Shown: piece after piece, positions 63,568-64,000 of the stretch
Numbering within the stretch: position 1 is the first letter of the stretch
Layout: each line of letters opens with the position of its first letter
Assembly: GCA_965287045.1 (NCBI GenBank)
Contig: OZ336878.1
Coordinates: forward strand, 15,748,001 to 15,812,000
Origin: Carcharhinus amblyrhynchos
Lineage: Eukaryota
Length of the DNA: 64,000 nucleotides
Direction of reading: 5' to 3'
Made by a program: the position numbers and the translations under genes
Notes under the pieces: model-generated
Database searches by the model: none
Seen by the model: only the letters and a program-made list of their open reading frames with translations
Told to the model about the DNA's origin: nothing

Positions 63568-64000
63568 GTAATCATCTTCTTACTTTGCTGAATCTGTAGT
63601 TTGTGGCATTTGGAGACGTTGCTACTTTACTTCTTTTGCATGTAAAATGTATTTGATTACAGTATGAAATTGTTTCCACAATAAACAGAGGCTAGTATGT
63701 CGTGTTTTCTTCACCAATTATTGAACATAATGCTTGTGTAACTGTTATTATGAGAGTTGTGATGTGGCTGAAAGGGTATTGTTAGCATTTGGCCTGAGGG
63801 TGCATGACATCATCTAATATCAGCCATGTGTTGTTGAGTGAGAGAGGTAACAAACTGTGTGCACTGTTGCTATTCTTGAGAGGGGAGATGTGAGAGGGGT
63901 GAGATACAAAAGAGCCCAGAGGGGCAATTTTTCTCTCAGAGGGTGGTGAGCGTCTGGAACAAGCTGCCAGAGGTAGTAGTAGAGGTAGGTACAATTTTGT

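Overview
Vertebrate nuclear DNA, almost certainly from a shark or other elasmobranch, judged by HE1-type V-SINEs, CR1/HER1-like LINEs, Rex/Babar LINEs and Penelope-like termini. The + strand carries the 3' two-thirds of a BET-family gene best read as BRDT: 13 well-supported GT-AG coding exons plus 2 candidate exons from 1747 to the stop at 44700, covering motif A, bromodomain 2, the coiled-coil/basic region, ET, SEED and the C-terminal motif. The first two coding exons of EPHX4 follow (57412-57654, 63482-63567). Introns and the intergenic spacer are mostly retroelements, often nested. Highlights: (1) a ~300 bp insertion flanked by a 16-bp TSD, with a U2 snRNA head, a hairpin masking the U2 branch-point recognition sequence, a second U2-like copy and an A-rich tail (SINEU/Keno-like); (2) ~99% identical young CR1 3' ends in opposite orientations bracketing BRDT BD2-region exons (circRNA/skipping/editing architecture); (3) a 158-bp TSD-flanked Penelope-type mini-element with a 26-bp inverted repeat around a degenerate hammerhead core; (4) two V-SINE families with the same head but different LINE-derived tails. 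Repeat family names come from recognition, not database searches, and repeat boundaries are approximate.
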